The notes: generated by a model from the letters alone, not told the origin. Shown: positions 40,800 to 54,400, numbered from the whole stretch's first letter. The stretch: DNA of 63,568 nt, filler included, from Choristocarpus tenellus KU-1152 (GCA_964200185.2; 11 parts of 11 records of this genome joined end to end with filler, not necessarily neighbours in it), one strand, 5' to 3'. Numbers and translations are program-made.

Positions 40800-42660
40800 T
40801 GTTGAAGGCCAATTCCAAGTTGGTCGAAAGAATGTTATATTCTCCAAATTAGTTGGCGACCTCCCCATCAATAAGTCTGTATTTTAAAATTGTAGAGTAC
40901 CCAGCTCTAGTACGGGTCCTTCGAGCATTTCCAAGAGAAAAATTGTCAACGAAAGTGGTTGTTGAGGCGGTCGTACCACTGGCGGTCAAATCCTCTTTCC
41001 GCCTGAACCTCTTCATCCTGCTGGTACACCATCCAGCGGTCCATCCATTCTCTCGGTTCATCCCCAATACGACTCCGCACTTCATACCAGTACTCCTTGA
41101 CAAAGAGAATCATCTCCTCTGCGGTATCGAAGTAATGCCTCAGGATCAAATGATCTTCCATCTTGTCACGGTGATAGTCGTATATATCATTGAGAGCTGC
41201 AGCCGCCTTGGCTGCTTCTTCAGCTTCTTCCTGGGGAACAAATCACAGGGCACATAGAATACACACAAAATTGCAATTTACAGTATCCTGACTCTCTCTG
41301 CTCCTACTACCGCATACACACCTAGAACTTGAAAATAATTGATAATTTTCGTGTCGAAAACAAGTCCGCAATAACAGATACATTATCTGTAACAAGTGGC
41401 ACATTGACCAGGTGCTTGTTGTAAAGTCATTACTACTACATCTAAGTTGGTCTATGTTTTGAACAAATCCTTATTAAATGGCATGGGATAAAATATGTGT
41501 TAGCATAATAAGTAGCTATGTCACTTGCACAGGAGTGAGTAGAATTACGAGTAGGTGGACTGCGCACCATGTCTATATCTACAATATAATCACCACTTGT
41601 GTCAATAATTTCTATAATACAGAATAAGGTATCGATAGATCTTGGAAGCATGTTTGATAGAGGATCGATAAGAAACAACGCAACCAGCGGCTGGCTCACC
41701 TTTGACCATTCCTCCCCAGTCCAAAACACTCCAGAGCAGGGAGTCAGAGCACCGGTCCACTTGCGATATTCGAGATATTTATCCAGTGAGACTTTTTTCA
41801 TGGCCGCTTCAACCCCCTCTGGTGTAGCGAGCAGGCGGTTAAATGCGATGAAGTTCGAAATGCACCTATCGATCTCCATCATCACAGCTTTGTGATGTGT
41901 TTTGAAACGAGCTTCAGCCTGCGGGCAATGTGTTAAACTCCTATCAGTCATTTTGCACCAAAGAGTGGAATGAATGGTGCTGCCAAGCATTTCGTATAAT
42001 CAATATACTATCTATCCCAACATTTTTCAAGTTTTCCACCTTGACTTCCATATTACACCAAGAGCAGCTGTGGTCAATAGATGCGATACTAGATAACGAT
42101 ATGACACATGTTTCTTTCCTCATCATGAGTTCATTCCCACAACGGGAGAACTTAGGCCCACCAGTCTCCTGTCATTGTACTGAATTGACAACGCACAAGA
42201 ACAGATGCTGCCATGAATAATCAAGGCTAGCCATTTCTTCCTGGCATACCTTGGTTACTAATAATTCCGTGTAAATTGTCTGGGAGGTGGGCGATATCTT
42301 CATTACTGCTCCGAACTTGGATACATCGCAACTCTCGTTGAAAGCAACGCACAAGAACAGCTACCATGGATAATCAAGGCTAGGCACTTCTTTGTGGCAT
42401 ACCTTGGTCACTAATTCCGTGTAAATTGTCTGGGAGGTGGGCGATATCTTCATTACTGTTTCGAACTTGGATACATCGCAACTCTCGTTGAGAGTAACGC
42501 ACAAGAGCAGCTACCATGGACAATCAAGGCTAGGCACTTCTTTGTGGCATACCTTGGTCACTAATTCGGTGTAAATCGCCTGGGAGGTGGGCGATATCTT
42601 CATTACTGCTCCGAACTTGGATACATCGTAGCTCTTGTTGAAAGCTTCTGACTTCTGCAT
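40800..42660 (-). pseudogene. Probable hAT-like transposase remnant with internal tandem triplication
   Basis: Motif echoes ASLDYSW (first catalytic D.W), PQAEARFKTH (P..TRF/TRW) and FWTGEEWSKV. Broken by stops and frameshifts. Assignment by resemblance only. Confidence 0.35.
42189..42645. repeat. Tandem repeat, 3 units of 150-156 bp
   Basis: Units start at about 42189, 42345 and 42495 (AACGCACAAGA...GGGAGGTGGGCGATATCTTCATTACTG...) and are highly similar. Confidence 0.95.
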
Positions 42661-44699
42661 GTGAAGATATGTCGTGTGTGCTGGGTAGAGTGGGTGGGCG
42701 ACATTATGTCGGATATATAGTTAAGAGGATACGTCGCAAACTCAAAAAAAGTGATTTTCACTGTGATTAAAACAATAAGTGAGATCACAGCTGGGGATAG
42801 GGACACGGCAAGCAAACGTTGACCCTGTAGCCGCTGAAATATAGAAGAGGATGGGAGGGCGGTGTGGCAAAATACGAAACAAAAGGAGAATCTCTGGGTG
42901 TTACAAGGCTCAGTGATATCCTCTTCCCTCTAATTTGGCGAATTTAACGTAAGCACACAAGGAGGAAATAGTAGCATGCCAGGAATAGGAGTATGGGGAA
43001 ATGCGGTCAAAGCTGTACAACAGGAGGTGTTCACGAACCCATCACTCATGAAAACATCACATAAGCAATATATAGTATTTAACAAAATATCGCGTAGCAT
43101 TGTGTGAAGTTGCTAACCTTCGTCAGGGTTGCCATCTGTTTCAGGGTTGTAACCTGCCAATGGATCGTTGTCCACGATCCAGTCGAGCTTCCATAGTAGG
43201 AGTGAGTAGAGTCTGATAAGCGTTTGGTCCTCGACTGGGTTACCGTCTCTTGCCATCACGCGAGCGAAGTCGGTACTGAATCTTTCTGGTAGCTCCTTCG
43301 CCCAAAGTTTCTTGTCTGGAATTTCGACCGTCGTTTCTGAGGGTTCACACTCCATGGTGAGACGAAAGAGAGGAACTTTGCTTCGTTGTCATCAACGATA
43401 GGAGTGGGAAACCTTGATGTTGTGTGTACGATTTAGATGCAATTTGGGTTCCTGGTCAACGAATCAATACTGACTGATTGTGTTACTGGTATTGTGTGGT
43501 TACAGTACCTGCAACTTTCTCCCCTCCTTCCTACTGGATTGTTTAGTTGGTTTGACTGGAGGGAAAATACGACTACTGCACTATTGTGCTACATTCACCC
43601 ACTATCAATATTATTGCAAGTTTTTCTATATCTTCCACGTCCCCTAGAATAGAAAGAAGTTAGCATTTCACAGCCACTGATCGGATGTGACAAACTTTTT
43701 CCCCACCCTGACGTGATGCCTCTCTTTATCCCACTAAAAAGATCAGAACACCAATCAAACATAAGGTCTCAGAAAGAAGCAATGTTCCCCCGTTTGGCAT
43801 TTTTTGCCAGTCAAAAATTGGTTTTTGTGATATATATAAATGTACCGTAAGAAAACTCCTAACTTCGGGGCAATATTTGAACCACTTGAAGATATTGATT
43901 GAAAAATATATATATTGACTTGGTGGATTGGTGGCTTAGTGGTATAATTTAGAACTCCTAAAACAAAAACCTTAATTTTGAAGGATATATTCTGGGTAGT
44001 GATATAATTTTTTGAAGTTCTTGTAGTTTTATTCTTTGTCTTTCCCTTTTTCAACACTTCTATATAATGTTGATATATATATATATATATATTTGTGGAA
44101 TATGTGAGGGAAAAGAACAAGATCGATATTATAAAAACTACATTTTTATGGCAAAAGGTTTGTCGGGGACATAGATGAACCTTTTTTTTCGGTCTATTGC
44201 AATTTTGAGGGTCCCCCTTAAACTGAAATCTATACTACAACAATTGTAAATTACTAAAGATTTTCTAAAAAAGTGAACGATTTTAGTAGAATAATAACGC
44301 CAAACAATAATAGGGGTATATTAGAACCATATTGTCAACTGAAACAGGAATTTTCCTAGAGAACGAATGGAATTCCATCTTGAATAAATCCCGTAAAATA
44401 TATGTTATGTACAAGACATACAGGTAATTTGTTGGGACAGCCGAAATATGAACATTTATCCCATATTCTCTTAACCGTTGTTGAATCTTATCAAATTATT
44501 GATTGATATGATGGTGTGAATCGTGTGGTTCTATGGCGGCGTGGTTCACTCCGGCAAGGGTGGCGAAGAGAATCACCGGNNNNNNNNNNNNNNNNNNNNN
44601 NNNNNNNNNNNNNNNNNNNNNNNTTAATTAATTAANNNNNNNNNNNNNNNNNNNNNNNNNNNNNNNNNNNNNNNNNNNNCCCCCAGATACTTTGACCCA

Positions 44700-45010
44700 G
44701 ATGAGCCCCTGCATGGAATACTGCATCTGTACGGAAATTGCAGTTAATGAGCCACTTGTTTGTACTCCATTTCCTCCGTGATGTACTTAGTAGGGAGATT
44801 TCATGATCCCGAGTCCTCCAGAAAGAACTCCATCAATATGAAGAACAAAAAGGTCGGTGCCAATGGGAACGCAAAGGGTCACAAAACCATCATTATCTGG
44901 GACCAGATTGCGATGCCTGTTGTTATTAGGAGGCCTAACTCAGACAGAAGGGGCTGCTGGCCGTTGGGGGGGATGTAACTATCTTCTCCATATTTTGGAG
45001 AATTCCCATC
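44700..45010 (-). pseudogene. CRE-like RT remnant just upstream of INCENP
   Basis: Minus-strand reading GILQNMEK...DNDGFVTLCVPIGTDLFV resembles RT domains 6-7 (GL.LN..K; G..vLG.PIG...FV). Stops present. Confidence 0.4.
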
Positions 45011-45428
45011 TCAACAGGTTGTCAATAACAACAGTAGTAGAAAGTCTTGATGGTCGTAGAATTTGTTATAATAGGAAGATATTATGTGATCGTGAATATG
45101 TGCGTTAGCGCGAAACTACAAGGAGGCGCGCGAGAGGCCAGGACCCTAACAGGTGCGTTATGGGAATCAGATTGAGGTATTATTAATACAATAATAGTCG
45201 TTTCCCGAGACAGAAAAGTCCAACGGCAAACCCTCTCTCCAAACGAAGGATCAGCAACGCCCTCCACTTGTCAGAGTGAGGAAGACTCCTCCCTAAGGCC
45301 CAGACAAACCCCACTGAAACCTGAGGATTGTCAGTCGTGGGGAACGTGAGGTTGATCTTGGTTCCTCTTTTCTGGACAATAGTTACCTCGTGAAGGTCTT
45401 CTGTGCCTTGTCGTTCTCTCACTGCAAC

Positions 45429-48400
45429 ATGTCTCCACCAAAAGAATCCGTCCTTGTACAGGGTCCTGCTGTGGTTCGCGCCTTGGAGGATGTGCTCAAC
45501 AGAGATTTCGGGGTGGAAGGGCAATACGCGGGTGAGCTTGTCTGGCTACGTGAACGACTCACGGTAGTGCACCAAGCTGCGAGAAAGTCTCAGGGAGTCG
45601 ATCACGAACTTGAGGCTAACACTGCTTCTGCGAGAGGCCTCAGAGCCATGGATGTACGCTCTGATATGGCGTCGATACCTCTGGGCAAGGAAAATTCCAA
45701 ACCTAGCCCCAGAAATGTCGGTGTTAAGCCTGGTCAAAACAAGGTAAGGCGATCCATCTTGGTGTCCTCCACTATTGGAGTTTGGCGCCCTCTAATGGAT
45801 GTCCCTACCACTGACTTCTTACGCATTTTACATTTAAATCCGTCTTCTATTTATGTGAACGTGCGATATCGATATCAGAGAGTGGAGCCCTCTACCCTAG
45901 GCCTGCTACAGCTCCGTCGTCTGCTCCGAGCGATTGGAGAGCCCACGGTTGGTCTCAAGCCGGTCCTCATCGCTCGACTGGGCGAAGCTGTATCAAATGG
46001 ACTCGTGCATTCGTACGTCGAAAAAATGAAGGCAGTCTCATCGAATTCTTTCAAGTGTGGTGAGTTTCTGTCCTATTCCTAAAGTGCCTTCCTTATTTAG
46101 CATGTCCTCGTGTTTTCTTCTTAGTGACACCATTGCACGATGAACATTATTCGACACTTCACGTTGTAAACTATTTGAAGCTGACATCTTGTCATATTTT
46201 CTCGTTTATATTCCTTGTTGTACCTACAGTCGTTGAGTTGCGGAAAGCTAAGGCTGCCCTATCTCTCGCAGAGTCCCTTATATTGACGACGGAGAAAATA
46301 GATGAGAAGCCTGAAGTGTCCGAGATCGCCGTGAAGGTTACATCTATGATAAACAGAAAAGATGAGAAGGCTGGGGTGCCTGAGGTCGCCGTCAAGGATC
46401 AGGCGACATCGCTTAAGGAAAGTGGTGGCTCTGATCAGGGAGAAGATGGCAATCAAGAGCGCACCGTGAAGTTGGGTAGTAGTAGAGGCTTACAGCGGAA
46501 ACTATCTAAACATGAGATGGATGGTATGGTGGCCAATGCTCGAATAGCAGCGAGGAGATCCAACTCCCCTGAAAGGAAAGCACCAGTAGATGTTACCCCC
46601 AGGACAAAGAACGCTCTGCTCAGGAAGGAAATGGAGGTGAGATAAGTGCTGTTATTAGCCCTTGCGTTAGTATACTGTATTCAATCTTCAGTCGCTAAAG
46701 ATCCATAGGACAAGAAATTATCTCAGCAGGTTGAGTGTATGTCCAGCCTTGTGTCCTTTGCTGTGTGTGTTAAATGTCAAATCCAGTTTAAAGTAAACAT
46801 AGAACTGCATATTGGTGTGCAAGCAGGGAGGAATCTGGCTCCAGTATAGTGTTTTGATCTGTGATTTTATTTTGGTTGAGTGATTGTAGTTTATTCTGGG
46901 GAGATATATGATACACTGCCTGAATGTGTTCTACCCTCCTATGGCAACTGCTCCTACTGAGTGGTGTTGATGCCACTATACTTTGTAAAGTTCAATCCCA
47001 CAACACTTGATGAACTGTGTGGGATTTGATTCACCCTGTTAAAGGTGCTAGAGTCAAATACATTATGGGTAAGGCAGACACTGCCTTAGCAACCTTGTCG
47101 AGTGTTGATGTTGATGCAATAACCCTGTGATGACAGGCTTTACTCCTCCCAACACCCCCCTTCACTGTTGGTTGTTACTTATCCTTCCTTCGCCCAAAAC
47201 CTCTGAATTCACTTGTTCTTCCTATATTTTTTCATTGACAGGAACGCCTGGCCCGGGAAAAAGTGCGGAAGAGCATAGAAAAGTTGCATCCCCCCTCTGC
47301 CACAGTTTCCAAGGAGAGTGATAACTCTATGACAACCCCTGAGACTGTGGCAACACCAGTTCCAGTCACTGTCCCTGAGGATGTTGATAACACTACCATC
47401 ACCACTGGGAATGTGCCAGCACCCCCTGCTGTCGCAGTCCCTAAGAAGGTTGACACTGTGGTATCTGACAAAACTGTCCCTGCACCACCAGATGTCACGA
47501 CACCTAAACAAAATGATCATGATGTTAATGGTGACGTTGTCACCCCAGTTATTGTCCCTGACCATGTGACATCCACAACTGTGGAGGAGGTTGCTACTGT
47601 GACCACCGTTGTTGTTGAGTCTAGTCCTGAAATTGTGAAAGCACCTAAGGAAACCGCTGCCGAGCTTGTGCCAGTAAATGTTCCTGCTTCCCCCTTGGCC
47701 ACAGCGCCGAAGGCTCCCTCCATAAGCTCCACTGCAGCAGGCTCAGTAGTAGGCGATGCAGTGGCAGTGGCATCTCTTCAGTCAAATCGTGGAAAGGATG
47801 TTCCTGAGTGTGATGAGGTAGAGGCTCAGCAGGAGAAGAAGAGCTCTTCCTTGTAAGTGTGTGTGAGTTGGAGTCAGGTTCTATGCGATCTTTCTTTAAT
47901 CCGTCTCTCTTTTTTTTTTAGGAGTGTTGAATGCATACTTGCTACACTTGAAAAAATAAGATGACAACTGCAACAGACCAGAATGTGTTGATCGATGGTT
48001 GTCACTTACTTCCCACCTGTTTTGGTCCTTTGCGTTCAGCTCTACCGCATCAAGGTGTCTTGATCGATGCCTCTCACGACCAATCACCTGCTGTTCTGAT
48101 ACCCCCATGTCCTGTGTTTGCCCTTTCTACATTACTCTATCGCTGTCCAGCTCTGTTCCCGTGGCTCCTACCCCTGAACCCCCTGCGCACTCTGCCCCAG
48201 CTGCCCCCGTGGTCACTGCAAAGACCCCAGCCACAGCCCAGACATCTCCGTTGGTACCCGCAGAGAAGCCCTCGACCTTGCCATCAGCCCAGGGTATACA
48301 GCGCTCTGTGTCGGCACAGATAGATGGTGTCAACAAGAAGGGCTTAGGTCGGCCCAGTCCTCTCTCTGCTGTGGCTAGTAGTGGGGGGGGTGCGATTGGG

Positions 48401-51400
48401 AGTGGTTCACACACACCATTGAGGTTTGGCTCTGGCAGTGCACAGACATCTTCTCGCTTTGGTGGTCCAATGAGATCATTTCCCAACAAGAGTGAGTGCA
48501 TACCCTTTGGTTTGAGTTGTGGGTGTATGAGGGGGGGGGGCAGGGGATGTGGCTGATGTTTTCCTTTGTGTCCCGTCTGGGTTCAACCTCACCTCGATGA
48601 AAGAGTCCTCCCCACTCCTAATCAACAATGAAATGCTTTTGAATACTTTTGTTGCACCCTGGCATGACGGCTATTGGTTGCTTCTAAGGTAGGTAGTTAC
48701 ATTGGATTTGGACATGGACAAGAAGTGATGGAAAGAGTGGACTTTGTTGCTGATGGGCTGGATTTGTTGCTGAAGACATGGGATTGTTGTTACCATTTAC
48801 ACCGCTCAGGACTAGAGTGTGTGGGCTAAATGAACCTGTTTCATTCCCTGCGACTAAGGTGTATAGATCACTGGTGTACATGGATTCAAAACCATTGGAT
48901 AAAAAATAATTGTTCAGAATTTTGAACTTTCCAAGTAAGATGCTGGAATGCTTTGAGATGGTGTAAAGAAAGAGTATGATGATATCTCATAGTGCAGTCG
49001 TCATAAGTCATCAGTTCATACTGGCCGGTATCAATGCTATGTGTGTTGATAGGAACAGGTGGACCTTAGGGTCTGTTCCTGAACTCAAATTGAAACAGGT
49101 GATCATAAAGCCGACACAGGAGTCAATTTCATCAGGAAGTCAATGTGAACACATGAGAATTAATTCTAACACTCTAACCCTAACCTTACGAATCCTGCAC
49201 TTGATCTGAGTAAAAGCCCTCTAGCCCTTAGGAGAGAGTAGAGTAATCCCCGCCTAAATAATCTTGAGCATTAATCCCAACAAATTTCATGTGACCCCCA
49301 TTCCCTTTTCCCCCCTGCTCCTTCCCTTCCTTTGCTGCAGTAGGTACAGCAGGACTGACTGCAGCATTCTCCCCTCGCAGCAAGGCACACCTTAATGGGA
49401 ACGTACCAAAGGCTGACTCCCCCCTGAAGCAGGCAGCCAATCTTGCTTTCAGTCGGATGAACACTGCAGATGAACAGGATGCTTCAACTGGGAGCAAAAA
49501 GGTGTTTGATTTCTGGAAGAACAAGGAAACCACCGCCAAGAGCCCTCTTCCCAAAGGAGCTCCCTCAAGCGGGGCTGGGGGGGGGTCGGGGCCTAGGCCT
49601 TCCCCTCAGGGCCTCTTCCGCGAGCAGTCAAGGAAGAATATGGTTGATAAGTTTGATGAACCCTCCCCCTCCCCTTCTGCTACATCTGCGACAACCACTG
49701 CAGTCGATGTGCTGTCTGTGGCACCACAGGCACAGGCAACTTCAGGTGGTGAATCCAGGAACCAGTCGACCCGATCCGTTGTCACACCCCAGCAGCAGGC
49801 GCAGGGCAAAGGGGGAAAGTCAGACGAGGCTGTGGGGAAGAGGGAACAGCAGGCACAGCAAGTCAAAGCCAAGGTGGTGGCGGCCGCTAAACGTGCAGAG
49901 GAGGCCAAAGTTAAGACGGCTAGAGTGAAGGCGGATGCCCTAGAGGCCGAGACAAAAGCCACCGAAGCGATGAACAAAGCGCTGGCTGCCAAGGCGGCTG
50001 AAAAAGCTGCTGCTGCAGATGCAGTGCGCCGTGATGAGCAGGCCAACATGGAGGCTGAGGCCCGTGAGCGTGCCTTCAAGGCTTCGGCGGATAGGGCGAA
50101 GAGGGAGGCAGCAATGGCTGAGGCAGAGGCCAAGAAGGTACGCGAGAAGGTTGCCTTGACTGCAGAGGAGAGCTCAAAGAGGGAGAAGGAAACGGCTGTG
50201 AGGAAGGCGTCTGCGGAGGCGAAGAAGGCAGCTGAAGCAGCCAGGCAGGCAGAAGAGGCTAGGAAGGCGGAGGCGAGAAAGGTGACTGAGGCGAAACGAC
50301 GGGCTGCTTTGGAGGCAAAGAGGGAGGAGGAGCTCCGGATTAAGGAAGAGGCTAAGAGGGCGAGGGCGGAGGCTGCAAGGGCGAAAAAGGAAGAGTCCAA
50401 GAGGGAGGCAGAAGCTGCTAAGACGGCCGCGGCTGAGGAAAAGGTGAAGAAGGCGAGGGCTGCGGCTGCCAAGGCGGAGGCAAGGATTGAGGAGGTTCAG
50501 TTTGCCCAGCACCATAGCAAGAAGGCAGGGGGAGGGGGAGGAGGGCTCAGCCAGAAGACGACTCAGGCGCCGCCGATGCCTCCACGTCCTGCCCCCGACA
50601 GCAAGGCTATTAAGCCGCCGACCCCGCCCCGCCCCTCACAGCAGACAATGCCACCACCTACGCCACCACGTGTTGGTTCAGGGCGTCCAACAGGGTCACC
50701 CCCCAAGATGCCAGCCCGCCCGCCGCTGTCCAGTGTCACAGTATCGGCAGAGTCGGAGGCATCGAGTGCGCGCAACCTTGCATTGGAGAACAAGAAGAAG
50801 GAGATTGTGGCAAGGTGAGGGGGAGGTAGAGGGCGTATGTGTGTGAATGGTATGCTGGTGAGTGATCTGGGAGAGGAGTGTGTCCATGGTACATTAGTGG
50901 TGTATGTGATAGTATGTGATAGTATTGTGATTGTATGTGATTGTATGTGATTGTATTGTGATTGTATGTGATAGTATTGTGATTGTATGTGATTGTATGT
51001 GATTGTATGTGATAGTATTGTGATAGTATTGTGATTGTATGTGATTGTGAACTAACATTGCATGCAGCGCGGACTGTATCTATATTTTTGTGAGGTTGTG
51101 TGTTTTGTACATGTAGAGTTGGCTGTGAGCTGAATGTCTCTTCATGATACTTGCATTTGGTTGGTTTGGTTGGTTGGTTTTGGATGATTGCTTTTGAAGT
51201 GCAAGAACCCTTGATGTATGTATATACTCACATTAGTGGGTAGTTGAGGTGAGTGAATGGCTCTGCAGGGCTCTGTGGAATTTAAAATCACTCTCACTGT
51301 GCTTGGTATAGTAGTAGTAGTAGTAGTGTGGCAAGAGTGAAAAATAAGGTCAGTTATTGTTCTGATTTTGTCTCGAAATAGGAAGCGTTAAGAAAAATCG

Positions 51401-54400
51401 TCTTCTGTCTGTACCCCTCCTGAATCCCTTCCTCAGAAATGGCCACGAAAGAGATCAAGCAAACGTTTTGTTGTCTAGGCTGATTCTGCATGTTTCTGCA
51501 GTACAAATAAAAATTGAGTCCTGATTTTTATTTTATTTTATTGCAATTCAAAATCCAATAATTGGAACTTTTTTGTCCTTTTTTTTCTATATGAGAGCCA
51601 TTGCTTCAGAGAATTTGGGCATGAATGAAGATAATAGAAACGTGTATTTTGTTTATTTTATTTTGCTGGCTGCTGAAATCTTTCGTTGGGCTATCTCTAT
51701 CCATGTGCACTAAAAACTAAAACAACTGTACCAAGTGTTTCAAAACGAGGATTAAAAAGTTATCTCTTTTCCTTCTGACTTTTTTTTTTGAATGATGAAT
51801 GAACATGAATGACAAAACTGTTCTATAGTCTGTATCACCGCAGGGGGGGGGGTCACGAGACTCCTCCTTCAGGCACTCTGGTCGTGACCCTCCCCTTGTC
51901 CGCAGTTTGAGTTCATATTCGATAGACTTGAAACCGCTTGTCAAATGATCCGAATTACTAACGCAGGCATTCATCTTAACCTTGAACTTGTAAAGCTAAC
52001 TTTTGACTGTTACCCTAAGCTAGGTCATTCAACGACAGAGTATTTTGGTGGAATTTTTTTTGTGTTTTTTTGTCTTCTGGTGACACTTTACCGCTTTGTT
52101 CTTTTTTTCGGATTTTTTTAAATTATATTTTATTATATTTTCTAAAAAATGGAAGGTATATTCCCTTGTATGTGTATATGCTCCAAAGAATGTCACAGAT
52201 TGATTGATACCCTCGTACAGCAGAGTGTTTAGTCAATACCTAATTAAAACGCCTGATGCGTATGAAAATTAACGCCCCCGTGAAAACTGTACAAACCTAG
52301 CCAAGAGAAAAGAAATGCGATTGATTTAATTGGGTTAGGGTCAGAATTTTTGCAGATATGTACCTGACGTGGAGAATATTTCGATCGGATAACAAAATGA
52401 CTTCAAGTTCATTGGTTAGGAACCGTTTTTTTTTTATCATACCTGCAGTGATGTACAGCGTGCCTTTTTTTCTTTTTTGCGTATTTTTTTTTGTGGTATT
52501 ATTGCATGGTATCAATAGTACATCAATAGTACCTATTTGCATGAACCCGTCTTACGTGTGGGGTGAGTGGTCATACGGAATGGAGTGAAATGTTCCTGCT
52601 GCATCCAAGAAACTATTCTGCGACGAGTGAGTTTGTGTTATGCCTGTCTTGATGCGTCCCCCCAGCAATATTTGCAGTTCCCCCAAACAGCGGCTGTTGT
52701 TGGGAGGACTTTGTGCTGTCTCTGTATACCTCTTTCCTCTCTCTCTCTGCAAGTTCTGCACTGATGTGCTGTGTCAGAAGTTATACTTGCTGTTATTATA
52801 TCTGTAACAGGCAGGCTGTTCACTTCCTTTTCATGCAGTCATACCTGTGGCAAAGCTAGGGTTGCCCTCCATTGTATCACAGAACTATGCCATAGTTTTA
52901 TTCTGACCTAATACTTCCCCCTCCCCCCCCCAAAAAACCCTTGAAGGTTTGAAAATATGAGGAAGAATGCAGCACCGGCAAACTCTGTCCCTGCGACACA
53001 TACTACTTCCGCTCCTACACCAAAGGATACAACAAAGTCCAAGCCTACTAAGGCAAGCAAGACACCCAAGGCTGTGGAAATGAATGTACCTTCTCCAGCA
53101 AAGAAGACTCCTGGCCCCAGTGGCAAGGGTGGTGGGGGCGGTGGCGGGGGCGGAGTGGGGGGAGAGGACGAAGAGGATGAGGGACAGGATAGGGAAAGCT
53201 ATGACGAGTATCATATGGATGAGTGAGTGGAATTGAGGGGTGTTTGTACATTTTGTGCATGTATGTTTTGTTCTTGTACTTGAGTCGGATGCTCTTGCCA
53301 ACTGAGCTGAGGAGGAAAGTAGTTGTGAGGATGAGTATTAGTGTCCTTGGTATATATATATATATATATATTTATTTTTGTTGCGAGAGGTGAAGAAAAA
53401 CCTTTTTTTTTGTCTAGAAGGCTGCTGCAGCAGTGACACACCATGGGTTAGTTGAAGAGGTCTATTTGACCTGGACACTCGAGTCGCTGTGTATTGTTAT
53501 CTAGTTTTGCAGCTGTTTTGAGAAAATAGACCTAGTGAAGGTTGTTGTTATTGCTATTCCTGGCGGGGTATTCATTATCCTAAGCTGCCATTGCTGTGTA
53601 GACTTTTCATAGACCCTAACCCTAACATCTTGGTAGAGAAGTGTGGTGTGCATATTGAACATTCCACATGGCACTAGTTTCAGGGGACTAAGTGACATGT
53701 CCCAACAGCGTGGATATTTGTCCAACTTAGGCTCTTTTAGCACTACAACAACTTCACGTGTTTCCTGGTGGTGATTGGGGTGAGTTCTTTCTTGGGGTTC
53801 ACCTTTTTTTTTGGAGGTGTTTATTTTACAGATTGGGGGTGGGTTGTGGATAACTGAGGGAGGGAGGCAGATGGAGTGTAACGTCTGTTACGTTTTTGGC
53901 CCAGGATTGTGCGTGGACTCTGAGTGGTAGGTTGGTACTAAAGTGGGGTGTGGGGTGTGCTGTACCCATGAGGTTCTTCGGGCCTGGGACAAGTTCTTTC
54001 CATGATCTTGTCACAGTTTCTGCTTGATATATTGACCCTGCTTGACTTGATGCCCTTGCTTCCATCCATTCTGTAGCAATGAGTCAGGTTCTGAGGAATC
54101 AGAGGCGGAAGAGGGGGAAGAGCCTGTGCAGGAGATTGTGGAACCCCAAGAGAAGTACCAGGACAAGTGAGAAGTTAGTAGTATTGTAGTATAATATTAT
54201 TGTATAATAGTTGCGCTTGTGTTGGATGAAACTGCCGCTGTGGAGGTCTGTACCAACTGATACGGTAACATAAGGTTAAAGTATGCATCAGTTTGAACAA
54301 TGGAGGAACTTTGGTTCCTGAACAATAACTCAGTTTGACTACGTCTCTTGTGTTAGGGTTGATTTGATTGTCAGAAATATGCTTGTGTTGATTCTTGGTC

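Noticed and set aside
42172-42660. Alternative genetic code (TAG=Gln)
   Set aside because: A single CAG>TAG change copied by duplication explains it. Host exons contain no in-frame TAG.
49606-50515. Long antisense ORFs (288 aa, 113 aa) over INCENP exon 6
   Set aside because: Shadow ORFs of a GC-rich, low-complexity Ala/Glu/Lys coding strand.
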